DNA from: an uncultured Solirubrobacterales bacterium
GTDB lineage: Bacteria; Actinomycetota; Thermoleophilia; Solirubrobacterales; Solirubrobacteraceae
DNA length: 64,000 nucleotides
Direction of reading: 5' to 3'
Assembly: GCA_963710785.1 (NCBI GenBank)
Contig: CAVQBM010000007.1
Coordinates: 298,246 to 362,245 of the forward strand
The notes under the pieces are model-generated. The model was not told the DNA's origin, did no database searches, and saw only the letters and a list, made by a program, of their open reading frames with translations. Below, piece by piece: positions 45,857 through 56,197 of this stretch. Every line of letters begins with the position of its first letter. The stretch's first letter is position 1. The translations under genes and the position numbers were made by a program.

Positions 45857-45947
45857 ACACATCTGACTGGAATTGGCACCTTCCCGCGTGCGGCGCGGTG
45901 GTTGCCGGGGCTTCGTAGGGCCAGTCCCTCCACCCCTCTGGATGTGC
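45857..45947 (-). ncRNA. SAM-I (S-box) riboswitch aptamer
   Basis: ACATCCAGAG-GGGTGGAGGGACTGGCCCTACGAAGCCCCGGCAACC...GGTGCCAATTCCAG...GATGT; P1 GCACATC/GATGTGT. Confidence 0.92.
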
Positions 45948-46048
45948 ACTGCTGTTTGCTGGCAAGCACTATATCGGATGCGCGGCGGAAAATCTCAAGA
46001 CTTCGAGATCGGCCGGTAACGCGCTTGCAGGCACGGTGTACGCCCTGC

Positions 46049-47092
46049 ATGGGCATCCTCTCATCCCGAGACCCCTCCGCGCCCTCAACGGCGATGGGCG
46101 CCTCCGACCTCGAGGCGGCCACGGCCGCAGGCGAGTTCGAGCCGGCCGCGGCGGCGACCAAGCGGCGGATGCTGATTGTCGTCAACCCCTACGCCACCAC
46201 GGTCTCAGACCGTCTGCGCCACCTCATTCTGCACGCCCTGGAGGCCCGCTATGAGGTCGACGCGGTCGATACAGAGGCGCCCGGGCACGCCACCGAGCTG
46301 TGCCGCGAGGCCGCGCACGAGGGCTACGACGTGGTGGTGGCCTTCGGCGGCGATGGCACCGTCAACGAGGCTGCCAACGGATTGATAGGTCAATCCGCCA
46401 ACCCCTCCCCCACCCCGCTGTGCTGCCTGCCGGGCGGCTCGACGAATGTGTACGTGAGAATGCTCGGGATCCCCAACGACCCGATCGACGCCACCGAGCA
46501 CATCCTCGCGATGGCCGACCGGTGGCGTCCCCGCCAGGTCGATGTGGGCGTCGTCAACGGCCGCTGCTTCGCGTTCTCATCGGGCGTCGGACTCGATGCG
46601 AGCGTGGTGGCGCGCGTGGACTCAAACCCGCGACTGAAGGCCCGCTTCGGGCCGTATTTCTTCACGTGGGCCGCCGTGAACACCTTCACGCGGCGCTACC
46701 TGCTGCGCCCACCACGCCTCGTCGCACACGTCGCAGGCGAGCAGGTCGAGGGCGTCACCGCGATCGTTCAGAACGGCTCGCCCTTCACCTACTTCCTCAG
46801 CCGTCCGATCGAGATCGCCCAGGAGGCGACGCTCGACTCGGGAACCATCTCAGCCTGTGTCCTGCACCGCGCGCGCCCGATCGACATGCCGTTCATCGCC
46901 TGGCGTGCGTTCTCGCGGCGCGCGCAGCTGGCTCGCCACCGCCACATCGCCCCCTTCTCAGGGCTCGCCGAGCTGAGCATCGAGTCCGCCGACGGCAAGC
47001 CACTGCCGCTACAGGTCGACGGCGACTATCTGGGAGAGGTCGCCCGCGCGGAGTACTCCATCCGCCCGCTGGCGCTTAGCGTCATCTCTTAG
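46049..47092 (+). CDS. Diacylglycerol-kinase-family lipid kinase
   Basis: IVVNP, GGDGTVNE, LPGGSTN and QVDGD motifs. Confidence 0.9.
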   Translation: MGILSSRDPSAPSTAMGASDLEAATAAGEFEPAAAATKRRMLIVVNPYATTVSDRLRHLILHALEARYEVDAVDTEAPGHATELCREAAHEGYDVVVAFGGDGTVNEAANGLIGQSANPSPTPLCCLPGGSTNVYVRMLGIPNDPIDATEHILAMADRWRPRQVDVGVVNGRCFAFSSGVGLDASVVARVDSNPRLKARFGPYFFTWAAVNTFTRRYLLRPPRLVAHVAGEQVEGVTAIVQNGSPFTYFLSRPIEIAQEATLDSGTISACVLHRARPIDMPFIAWRAFSRRAQLARHRHIAPFSGLAELSIESADGKPLPLQVDGDYLGEVARAEYSIRPLALSVIS

Positions 47093-49429
47093 CCGGCGCC
47101 CGGGGTCACCCGGTAGGCGTCGAACACCGACTCGGTGTTGCGCAGCCTATTGATGGCTCCCTTCAGCGAGTGCGTATCGGCTACCTCCACCACGAAACGG
47201 TTCTTCACCATCGGTGGATTTGACAGACAACGCGCTTCCATGATGTTCGCGCCGGACTCGCTGAACACGCGCGAGAGGTCCTCGAGCAGGCGATGGCGAT
47301 CCCAGGCGTCGACCTGGATCTCCACGATGAAGGCGGTCGTCTGCTCGCCCTCCCAGTAGACGTCGGTGAAGCGCTCGGGGTTCTTGCGCAACAGCTGGGA
47401 GTTGGGGCAGTCCTGGCGGTGGATCGTGATCCCGCGACCGAGGGAGATGTAGCCGAGGATCGGATCCCCGGGCACCGGGCGGCAGCACTTGGCGAGGCGC
47501 AGCATCACGTCGTCGACGCCCTCCACGCGGATGCCGTACTGCGCGGAGGAGCTCGTGGGCCGCCGCCGCGGGCGCCCCACCTTGAGCAGATCGGCGGCCG
47601 CGGTGGCCTCGCTGTCGGCCGCCTCGCCCTGCTTGAGGCGCTGCATGACCTTGTTGACCACGACTTTTGGCGAGACCTTCGCGGCGCCGAGGGCGATGTA
47701 AAAGTCATCGGCCTTGCGGTAGCCCATTTCGCGGATCACGTCCGCGAGCAGCGCCGAGCCGGTGATCTTCTGGGCGGGCAGACCCTGCTTCTTGAGGTTC
47801 TCCGTGGAGCACCTCGCGACCGGTGTGCTCGGTGTCCTGGCGCGACTCCGCCTTGAACCACGCCTTGATCTTGTTGCGTGCGCGCGTGGTCTTGACCATC
47901 GCCAGCCAGTCGCGCGAGGGGCCGCGCTCGCGCTTGGCGGTGAGGATCTCCACGATGTCGCCGCTGCGCAGCTCGTAGTGCAGCGGCACGATCTTTCCGT
48001 TCACGCGCGCGCCCACACAGCGGTGACCGATTTCGGTGTGCACCTCATAGGCGAAGTCGAGCGGCGTGGCGCCGGCCGCCAGCGACTTGACCTCGCCCTT
48101 GGGCGTGAATACGTAGACCTCGTCCTCGAAGAGATCGATCTTGAGGCTCTCCATGAACTCGTGCGGGTCGGAGAGCTCCTTCTGCCAATCCATCATCGAG
48201 CCGAGCCACTTGGTGAGGTGCGTCGCATCCCGGCGGACTCCCCGGCCGGACGGGGTCCTTGGCGTGGCCGGGGCTGCGCGACTTGTACATCCAGTGCGCG
48301 GCAACCCCGAACTCCGCCATCTGGTGCATCTCATGCGTGCGGATCTGGATCTCCAGCGGACGCCCTCGGGCCCGATGATCGTGGTGTGCAGCGACTGGTA
48401 CATGTTCGAACTTGGGCATCGCGATGAAATCCTTGAAGCGTCCCGGCAGGGGCTTCCACAGCGAGTGGATCACGCCGATCGCGCCGTAGCAGTCCTTCAC
48501 CGAGTCGACGATCACGCGCATCGCGGTGAGGTCGTAGATCTCGTTGAACTCGCGGCCCTTCTCGGTCATCTTCGAGTAGATCGAGTAGAAATGCTTGGCG
48601 CGCCCCGCGATCTGCGCATCGATGCCGAGCTTGCCGAGCTCGGAAGAGGATAGTCGCCGGCCTCTAAGACGTAGCGCTCGCGATCGTCGCGCTGCTGAGA
48701 GACGAGCCCCTTGATCTCCTGGTACTTGCGAGGGTGAAGCGTCGCGAACGCGAGATCCTCGAGCTCGCACTTGAGCGCGTGGATACCCAGGCGGTGGGCG
48801 ATCGGCGCGTAGATCTCGAGCGTCTCCCTGGCCTTGTCGACCTGCTTCTGCTTGGGCAGCGCCTCGATTGTGCGCATGTTGTGCAGGCGGTCGGCGAGCT
48901 TGATCAGGATGACCCGCACGTCGGTGGCCATCGCGACCATCATCTTGCGGTAGTTCTCCGCCTGCGCCTCGTCGCGCGACTGGAAGACGATCCCGGTGAG
49001 CTTGGTCACGCCGTCGACGATCGCGGCGATTTCCTCGCCGAAGCGCTCGCGCACCTCCACGATCGACGCAGAGGTGTCCTCGACGGTGTCGTGCAGCAGC
49101 GCCGCGCACAGCGTCTCTGTGTCAAGACGCATGCCCGCGCAGATGCGCGCCACACCAACGGGGTGCACGATGAAATCCTCGCCCGAGCGCCTGCGCTGGG
49201 CGGCGTGGTGCTCGCAGGCGAATACGAACGCGTCTTCCACTCGCGCCCGATCGATCTCCACGGCCGAGTCGGCGGCGTGCTCGGAGACGATCGCAAACAG
49301 GTCCGCCAGCAGGCGGCGCTCGAAGTCGTTGAGCTCGGCGCGACTCGCCGGAGCGCTCACGGAAAGCTCGCCAACTCCAGCTGTTGGTGGGCCTGTTGGG
49401 GCACTCGGTCGATTCTGGGGAGTGGCCAT
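47089..49429 (-). CDS. relA: Bifunctional (p)ppGpp synthetase/hydrolase (multiple frameshifts)
   Basis: HD domain (LLHDTVED), YQSLHT, TGS (FTPKG...DFAYEVHTEIG), CCRPVPGD and ACT domain across frames. Confidence 0.93.
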
Positions 49430-51180
49430 TCCTTAAGAGTAGGGGACGCGCCCGCGTCCTCCTGCGAAGATGTGACCTCCTGCCGGCAGGGTTGGACGTG
49501 GCGCAGCACCAAACGGGGCTCTGAGACCCCCTTCCATTCGTTGACCTCGAGCGAGAAGGTGGCGTCGGCCGGCGTGTCCTCGGCCACCGGCAGGCGCCCG
49601 CCGTTGCCGAAGGCAACCGCGCCGGCGCGCGCACCGCCGGCCTGCACGGTGAAGCGCAGGTGCTTGCCTTCGCCCATCGGACGGCGGTCGCTGAGCATGG
49701 CCTCGCGCACGAGCAGTGAGACGCTTGGGTTGGCGCGGCCAAACGGCGCGAGCTGCTGGAGCTCTTCGGCGAGCGCCATCCCCAACTCGCTGCCATCGAG
49801 CACCGCGTCCACGCGCTCGGAGCGCAGAGGAGACTCCTCGCCACGCACCGCGCGGGTGTGTGCGAGGAATGCCTCTCGAAAGCCATCGATGCGCGCGCTC
49901 TCGATCTCCAGGCCCGCCGCCGCGCGGTGGCCACCGTGGCGGCGCAAGTGCTCGGCAGAGGCCTGCAGGCCGGCAAGCAAGTCGAATCCCTCCACGCTGC
50001 GACCCGAGCCCCTGCCGGAGTCGCCCTCGAGCGCGATCATCACCACCGGACGGTTGTGCAGCTCGGTGAGGCGAGAGGCGACGATCCCGATCACACCCGC
50101 GTGCCAGCCCTCGCCCGCAAGCACATAGGCGGGGCTCTCGCCCAGCGCCGCGACCTGCGCCTGGGCCTCGAAGAGGATGCGCGTCTCGGTATGCCGGCGC
50201 TCCTGGTTTGCGCGATCTAGCTCCTGCGCGATCTGGCTTGCGCGGAGCGAGTCCTCGGTGAGCAGCAGCTCGAGACCGGCGTCAGCTCGATACATGCGCC
50301 CCGCGGCGTTCAGGCGCGGAGCCAACGCGAAGCCCACCGCGCGCTCGCCCACCTTGCTGGGGTCGACTCGCGCTACCGCCATCAATGCCCGCAGTCCGGG
50401 TTTGCTCGTGGCGCCCAATGCGCGCAGACCGCGACGCACGAGTGTGCGGTTCTCGCCGGTGAGCGCCACCACGTCGGCGATCGTCGCAAGCGCAACGAGA
50501 TCGAGATCGTCCTCCACGCGGTAGCGCCCGCGCTCGATGCCCCCGGCCTCTGCCGCCTCCCATAGCCCCTGCGCGAGCTTGTGGGCGACAGCCGTGGCAC
50601 ACAGATCGGTGCAGGGATAGCCGCACACCGTGGGGTGCACGATCGGCGCATCCGGCAGCCGCCCGTCGCTGCGGGGGGCGTGGTGATCTGTGACGACCAC
50701 CTCCATGCCGAGAGCGCGTGCCGCGGCGACCTCCTCGACGGCGGTGATCGCGCAGTCAGCCGTGACCAGCAGGCGCGTACCGCGCGCGGCCAGCCGCTCG
50801 ACCGTCTTCGGGTTGAGCCCGTACCCGTCGGTGGCGCGATCGGGCAGATACCAATCGACATCGGCTCCCAGCGCGCGCAGGACGCGCACGAGAATCGCCG
50901 TGGAGCAGACCCCGTCGACATCGTAATCGCCGTGGATGGTGATCCGCTCGCCTGAGCGCACATGCGCGAGGATCGATTCGATCGCCCCCCCGATCCCGGC
51001 AAAGGCGCTCGGCGGATGCTCCTCGGAGGCCGCGAGGAAGGCCCGCGCGTCCGCGGGTGCGCCAAGGCCTCGGCGCACGAGCACCTGTGCCATCGCGCCA
51101 CTCACGCCGAGCTCGCGCTCCAGGCGCTGGACATCCTGTGCAACGCAGGCAACGATCTGAAACTCTCGGATTTCCCCCAT
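49357..51180 (-). CDS. recJ: ssDNA exonuclease RecJ
   Basis: GDYDVDG, TDHH, PRLNAAGR and GGHRAAAG motifs. Confidence 0.95.
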   Translation of the reverse strand: MGEIREFQIVACVAQDVQRLERELGVSGAMAQVLVRRGLGAPADARAFLAASEEHPPSAFAGIGGAIESILAHVRSGERITIHGDYDVDGVCSTAILVRVLRALGADVDWYLPDRATDGYGLNPKTVERLAARGTRLLVTADCAITAVEEVAAARALGMEVVVTDHHAPRSDGRLPDAPIVHPTVCGYPCTDLCATAVAHKLAQGLWEAAEAGGIERGRYRVEDDLDLVALATIADVVALTGENRTLVRRGLRALGATSKPGLRALMAVARVDPSKVGERAVGFALAPRLNAAGRMYRADAGLELLLTEDSLRASQIAQELDRANQERRHTETRILFEAQAQVAALGESPAYVLAGEGWHAGVIGIVASRLTELHNRPVVMIALEGDSGRGSGRSVEGFDLLAGLQASAEHLRRHGGHRAAAGLEIESARIDGFREAFLAHTRAVRGEESPLRSERVDAVLDGSELGMALAEELQQLAPFGRANPSVSLLVREAMLSDRRPMGEGKHLRFTVQAGGARAGAVAFGNGGRLPVAEDTPADATFSLEVNEWKGVSEPRLVLRHVQPCRQEVTSSQEDAGASPTLKEWPLPRIDRVPQQAHQQLELASFP

Positions 51181-51224
51181 TGCCCGCCACACTACGGGCC
51201 GGGGTAGACGGAACGCTCGGGGCC

Positions 51225-51527
51225 TCAGGCGTCCAGCGCTGCGGGTCCCGCCTTGGCGCTTTCGCGCCGGGCGCCCTCGAAATACACCAGGGCGATGCCG
51301 ATCAGCGCTCCGGGGACCGCGTAGAGCACGACCGCGATATCGGTCTGCTTTTCGCCGGGAAAGCCGAATCCCGAGCTCTTGACGCTGTAGATCAGCGTCG
51401 CCACGATCACGGCGCCCAGCAGCGATCCCACGAATGCGCCCACGATGCCGCCCCAGAAGCGATCGGGCAGGAAAATCGTGTAGTGCCAGATCGCAAGGCC
51501 CATCATCACCCAAGCTAGTAGGCCCAT
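51225..51527 (-). CDS. Small 3-TM membrane protein (GlsB/YeaQ-like)
   Basis: Gly-rich hydrophobic helices; start overlaps the secDF stop. Confidence 0.7.
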   Translation of the reverse strand: MGLLAWVMMGLAIWHYTIFLPDRFWGGIVGAFVGSLLGAVIVATLIYSVKSSGFGFPGEKQTDIAVVLYAVPGALIGIALVYFEGARRESAKAGPAALDA

Positions 51528-54500
51528 TACCTTGCTCTCCCGTGTCGGCGATTACGCGGCTTGCGCTGCTTGCGCGAGCTCGAAGTGCCATCGCCGGCGC
51601 CGTTGCCGCGGCGCTGGGAGGGCATCACGACATCCTCGGGCGTGAGGTCGGCGGCGGGATCGACGTCGGGCTGGGCGTTCACGCCCTCGATGTCGAGGTC
51701 GGCGACGAGCTCCTGGAACTCGTCCTTGGAGATCTGCTCGCCCGGCGTCTCGGGCGTGAGCAGCGAGCTCTCGGGCCGTGTGCGGCGCGCGTGTCCACGC
51801 CCCCCGCGCCCGCCGGCCTTGCCGCCGGGGAGCGCCTCTTCGGCCTCCGCTTCGGCGCGCAGCTCTCCCATTTCGGTGGCGTAGGCGGGCACGTATCCGA
51901 GGTCGCGCGCGATGCGGATGCGGCGGTTGCGGTAGACGCTCTCGCGCTCCTTCCAGTGTGTGAGCACCGGGGAGGCGATGAAGATCGAGGAGTACGCGCC
52001 CGAGGCGACCCCCACGAGCAGCGCGAAGGCGAAGTCCTTGAGCGTTTCCCCGCCGAACAGCAGCAGCGCGAGCACCGGCAGCAGCGTGCAGAAGGAGGTG
52101 GCCAGCGAACGCGTGAGCACCTCGGACATGGAGCGGTTGACGATCTGCGAGAAGGCCGCGCGCGGCATCCGCGGAACGTTCTCGCGCACACGATCGAACA
52201 CGATGATCGTGTCATATAGGGAGTAGCCCAAAATCGTGAGCAGGGCGGCGACCGTGGCGGTCGTTACCTGCCTTCCGGTGAGCGAGTAGACACCCGCGGT
52301 GATCAACAGGTCGTGCATCAATGCGATCAGCACCGGCACGGCGTACTTCCACTCGAAGCGCAGGGCGATGTAGACAGAGATCACCAGCAGCGAGGCGATG
52401 ATCGCGATGATCGCGCTCTTGGCGACGGTCTTGCCGAACGTCGGCCCGATCGAGGTGTCCGAGGTGTTGCGTAGGCCATAGGCCGCCCTCAACGCCGCCT
52501 CGGCCTTGATCACCTCGCTCTGCTTGAGGTTCTTGGTGGAGATCTGAAAGCCGTTTGCGCCGATTGCCTTGTTGTTGAGCTTCTGTACCTCGACATCGCC
52601 GAAGCCTGCGGCGCTCAGCGTCGAGCGAATCTGGTTCTCGTTCACGGACTTCACGAACGCCGTCTGGATGCGCGTGCCCGACTTGAAGTCGATGCCGAGG
52701 TTCAGCCCCCTGCCGCCGATCGCCAGCGCACCGATCAGGAGGATCGTGCCCGAGAGCGAGAAGAACCACTTCGAGGCGCCCATGAAGTCATACGTCCACC
52801 CTTTCCCGCGCCGGGAGGCGCCGAGCATCGATGGGTGGGAGACCGCGCGCGAGCGGCTCATCGTGCCGAGCGCGGCCTGCGTGGCGAGCACCGCAGTGAA
52901 TAGCGTCAGCAGCGTGCCGATGCCCAGCGTGAAGGCGAATCCCTTGACCTCCGAGGTGGAGAGCGCAAACAGGATGAAGGCCGTCATGAACGTCACCACA
53001 TTGGCGTCCACGATCGCGGCGAACCCGCGCCGGTAACCCGTGGCGATGCCGGAGATGATCGAGCGCCCGCCGCGGATCTCCTCCTTGACGCGCTCGAAGA
53101 TCACGATGTTGGCGTCCGCGGCGATGCCAATCGTGAGGATCAGGCCGGCGATGCCCGGCAAGGTGAGCGTGATCGGGATCAGCTTGATCAGCGCGAAGTA
53201 GTAGAGGCTGTAGATCAACAGGCCGGCGACCGCGATCGCACCGAGCACGCGGTAGAAGATCAGCAGGAACATGCACACCACCGCGAAGCCGATCAGGCCC
53301 GCGAGGAGACCCTGTTCGAGCGCCTGCTTGCCGAGCGTCGCAGAGACCTGCGACTGGGAGATCAGTTCCAGCTTGATCGGCAGCGCGCCGGACTGGAGCT
53401 CGTCGGCGAGGTTCTGGGCGGAAGTGATCGTGAAGCCGCCGGTGATCTCCGAGCCACTGTTGGGGTCGATGCCGTCGGGGTACTGGCTGTAGTCGATCGA
53501 GGGGGCGGTGATGATCTGGTTGTCGAGCACCACCGCGAAGTGCTGCAGCGTCTTGCCGGCACCGGGCAGGGCTGCGTTCTGCCCGCGCTGGGCGATTTCC
53601 CTGGTGACCTTCTGGAAGACCCCCTTGCCGTGCGAGGTGAAGTTGAAGGTGACGTCGGGCGCGCCCGTTCCCCCGGCGCCGCTTTCGAAGCTCTGGGCGG
53701 GATTCTTGATGTCTTCGCCCCTCAGCACGGGGTTATCGTTGAGCACGTACCAGCTTTCCGGCGAGGCTTTGGTGACCTTGCCGGAGGTGTTTTCTTCGGG
53801 GTGTGCCTCGGCAATCACGGTGCCCGGGTTCACGCGCACTGTCTTCGTCTTCGCGCCCGGCGGCGGTTTGTAGCCGTCGGCGTAGAGGTTTTCCACGGTG
53901 TCCTCGGGGCCGCGGAGTACCTTGTGGTTCTTGGTGTCCAGCAGGTACCACTGGCCGTAGATGCAGTTGTGGATCTGCTGGGGCGTGCAGCCTGGCGCGA
54001 GGGTGGTATCTGAGGCGCGCAGGATCGCGGGACGCTTGGCGGCGCGCAGGACCGCTTCGTACTCGGGCAGGCCGGCGGTGGCGACCCCGGCGTTGGTGCC
54101 ACCGGTGACCGTCGGTTCGTTGGGCCCCGCGGGCTTGCCGTTGGGCCCGATCACGTTGGGCTCCCAGTCGTAGAAGAACAGCTGCGCGGTCTTGCCCACC
54201 TGTTCCTGAGCACGCGCGGCGTTGCTCACGTCCGGAAGTGCCACGTCGATCTGGTTTTCCCCGGTGCGCTGGATTTCCGGCTCCGCCACACCGAGCTGGT
54301 TGACGCGCTTTTCCATGATCGCGATCGCACGATCGAGCGATTCGGCGGTGACCTTGGACTGGGCCGTGGCCTTGCCCAGGTAGGTGAGCTCGACACCGCC
54401 CTTGAGGTCGAGGCCGAGACGGGTTTTCTTGGGCTTGACGGCCCCCGGCAAACCGACGATCACGAGCAGCGAGGCGATCGCGAGCCCGAGAACGACAATC

Positions 54501-54532
54501 AGCACGAAGGTGTTGCGACGACGATCGGTCAT
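51527..54532 (-). CDS. secDF: Fused protein translocase SecDF
   Basis: LGLDLKGG, DANIVIFER, GIDFKSG and YDTIIVFDRVREN motifs. Confidence 0.96.
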   Translation of the reverse strand: MTDRRRNTFVLIVVLGLAIASLLVIVGLPGAVKPKKTRLGLDLKGGVELTYLGKATAQSKVTAESLDRAIAIMEKRVNQLGVAEPEIQRTGENQIDVALPDVSNAARAQEQVGKTAQLFFYDWEPNVIGPNGKPAGPNEPTVTGGTNAGVATAGLPEYEAVLRAAKRPAILRASDTTLAPGCTPQQIHNCIYGQWYLLDTKNHKVLRGPEDTVENLYADGYKPPPGAKTKTVRVNPGTVIAEAHPEENTSGKVTKASPESWYVLNDNPVLRGEDIKNPAQSFESGAGGTGAPDVTFNFTSHGKGVFQKVTREIAQRGQNAALPGAGKTLQHFAVVLDNQIITAPSIDYSQYPDGIDPNSGSEITGGFTITSAQNLADELQSGALPIKLELISQSQVSATLGKQALEQGLLAGLIGFAVVCMFLLIFYRVLGAIAVAGLLIYSLYYFALIKLIPITLTLPGIAGLILTIGIAADANIVIFERVKEEIRGGRSIISGIATGYRRGFAAIVDANVVTFMTAFILFALSTSEVKGFAFTLGIGTLLTLFTAVLATQAALGTMSRSRAVSHPSMLGASRRGKGWTYDFMGASKWFFSLSGTILLIGALAIGGRGLNLGIDFKSGTRIQTAFVKSVNENQIRSTLSAAGFGDVEVQKLNNKAIGANGFQISTKNLKQSEVIKAEAALRAAYGLRNTSDTSIGPTFGKTVAKSAIIAIIASLLVISVYIALRFEWKYAVPVLIALMHDLLITAGVYSLTGRQVTTATVAALLTILGYSLYDTIIVFDRVRENVPRMPRAAFSQIVNRSMSEVLTRSLATSFCTLLPVLALLLFGGETLKDFAFALLVGVASGAYSSIFIASPVLTHWKERESVYRNRRIRIARDLGYVPAYATEMGELRAEAEAEEALPGGKAGGRGGRGHARRTRPESSLLTPETPGEQISKDEFQELVADLDIEGVNAQPDVDPAADLTPEDVVMPSQRRGNGAGDGTSSSRKQRKPRNRRHGRAR

Positions 54533-54544
54533 GCGTACATCAGA

Positions 54545-54994
54545 CTACTTGTCCGGGGTAAGCACAAGCAAAAGACCGCCGTCCTCGTCATAGGCCGGGA
54601 ACATGTCGGCCTTGGCGCTGGCCACGACATCGCGATCACCGCTGACACGTACGGGCTTGCCCAGCGCGCGCACCCCCCACTCCAGCACGGTCGCGACGGG
54701 CTGCTCGTCGTCGGCGAAGCTGAGACCGAGCGCCTGCTCCACGCGCTGGCCGATCACCGCTTCCTCCTCGAGGCCGGTGAAGGCGAAGGAGTTCTTCCCG
54801 CAGCCGATCACGCGCCCCTCGTGGTCACACACGAAGAAGGCCGCATCGGGCGCTGGGTAGTAGTCGTCGAGCAGCTCGAAGAGGAAGGCGAAGCCGCACT
54901 TCGCGCAGCCCTTCGGTTGGCGCGTGAAGCCGATGTTGCGATCGAGCTCGCTGGTGCGGTGACCGCAGTTGGGGCAGATGAAGGGGTGCGCCAT
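54545..54994 (-). CDS. Zn-ribbon plus PAS-like protein of unknown function
   Basis: CPNC-x19-CAKC followed by PAS-like DAAFFVCDHEGRVI...FTGL...VIGQ; TAATCT 8 nt before the ATG. Confidence 0.75.
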   Translation of the reverse strand: MAHPFICPNCGHRTSELDRNIGFTRQPKGCAKCGFAFLFELLDDYYPAPDAAFFVCDHEGRVIGCGKNSFAFTGLEEEAVIGQRVEQALGLSFADDEQPVATVLEWGVRALGKPVRVSGDRDVVASAKADMFPAYDEDGGLLLVLTPDK

Positions 54995-55080
54995 GAGCCC
55001 ACAGATTAGTGGGAGCGAGGGTATGGGGCCGAAGGATGCCTCGCACCCCGAGTAGAGGAGTGCCGCAAACGGGTTAGGCC

Positions 55081-56121
55081 CTAGAAAAGAGCCGGGTCTT
55101 CGGCCTGTTCGGCGAGGGACTGGGGCGCCGGCAAGTCCAGATGGGCGAAGGCCGCGGGCGTAGCCATGCGCCCGCGCGGGGTGCGCTTTAGGAGCCCCTC
55201 GCGCAGCAGATGGGGCTCGTAGACATCCTCGAGCGTGTCCTGCTCCTCCCCCACGACGACCGCCAGCGTAGAGAGCCCCACGGGGCCGCCGGCGAACTTG
55301 ACGCACACGGCACGTAGGATCTCGCGGTCGAGGCGATCGAGGCCGCGCTCGTCGACCTCCAACAGCTCCAGCGCCGCGCGCGCGGTCTCGGCGCTGAGGA
55401 CCCCGCCCATGCGCACCTCGGCGTAGTCGCGCACGCGCTTGAGCAGCCGGTTGGCCACGCGCGGCGTCCCCCGCGAGCGCGCGGCGATCGCAGCCGCCCC
55501 ACCGCTCTCCAGGGGGATCTCGAGGATGCCGGCAGAACGCGAGACGATCGCTGCGAGGTCCCCTACGGAGTAGGTCTCCAGGCGCGCCTGGATGCCGAAA
55601 CGGTCGCGCAGAGGCGTGGTGAGAAGGCCGGTGCGCGTGGTGGCGCCCACGAGCGTGAAGGGGGGCAACTCGAGTGTCACCACGCGCGCGCCGGCACCCT
55701 GTCCGACGGTGATCGGCAGGCGCCGATCCTCCATCGCCGGATAGAAGGTCTCCTCCAGCGTGCGCGGCAGGCGATGGATCTCATCGACGAAGAAAACACT
55801 GCGCGGCTCCAGGGCGGTGAGAAAGGCCGCAATGTCTCCCTTTCGCTCCAAAGCGGGGCCGGCGGTCTGCACGAAGGGCACATCGAGCTCGCTTGCGACG
55901 ATCTGCGCGAGCGAGGTCTTGCCCAGTCCGGGAGGGCCCGCGAGAAGCAGGTGATCGAGCGCATCCCCGCGCGCGGCGGCGGCCTCGATCGCAACCGCGA
56001 GCTGCTCGCGCAGCCCATCCTGGCCGACGAAGTCGGTGAGTCGGCGAGGTCGCAGCGAGCGGTCGAGCTCATCCTCCTCGCTCTCGTCCTCGATCGCGTA
56101 GGGGGTTTGGATGCGGCTCAT
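55081..56121 (-). CDS. ruvB: Holliday junction helicase RuvB
   Basis: GPPGLGKT, DEIHRL and SRGTPRVANRLL motifs. Confidence 0.97.
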   Translation of the reverse strand: MSRIQTPYAIEDESEEDELDRSLRPRRLTDFVGQDGLREQLAVAIEAAAARGDALDHLLLAGPPGLGKTSLAQIVASELDVPFVQTAGPALERKGDIAAFLTALEPRSVFFVDEIHRLPRTLEETFYPAMEDRRLPITVGQGAGARVVTLELPPFTLVGATTRTGLLTTPLRDRFGIQARLETYSVGDLAAIVSRSAGILEIPLESGGAAAIAARSRGTPRVANRLLKRVRDYAEVRMGGVLSAETARAALELLEVDERGLDRLDREILRAVCVKFAGGPVGLSTLAVVVGEEQDTLEDVYEPHLLREGLLKRTPRGRMATPAAFAHLDLPAPQSLAEQAEDPALF

Positions 56122-56197
56122 CGCCTCTCCCCGCAGCCGCCGACACATCGAACCTCAACGTGATGCGAGCTGGTCGCACGGTAAGCGCTCACGCGCT

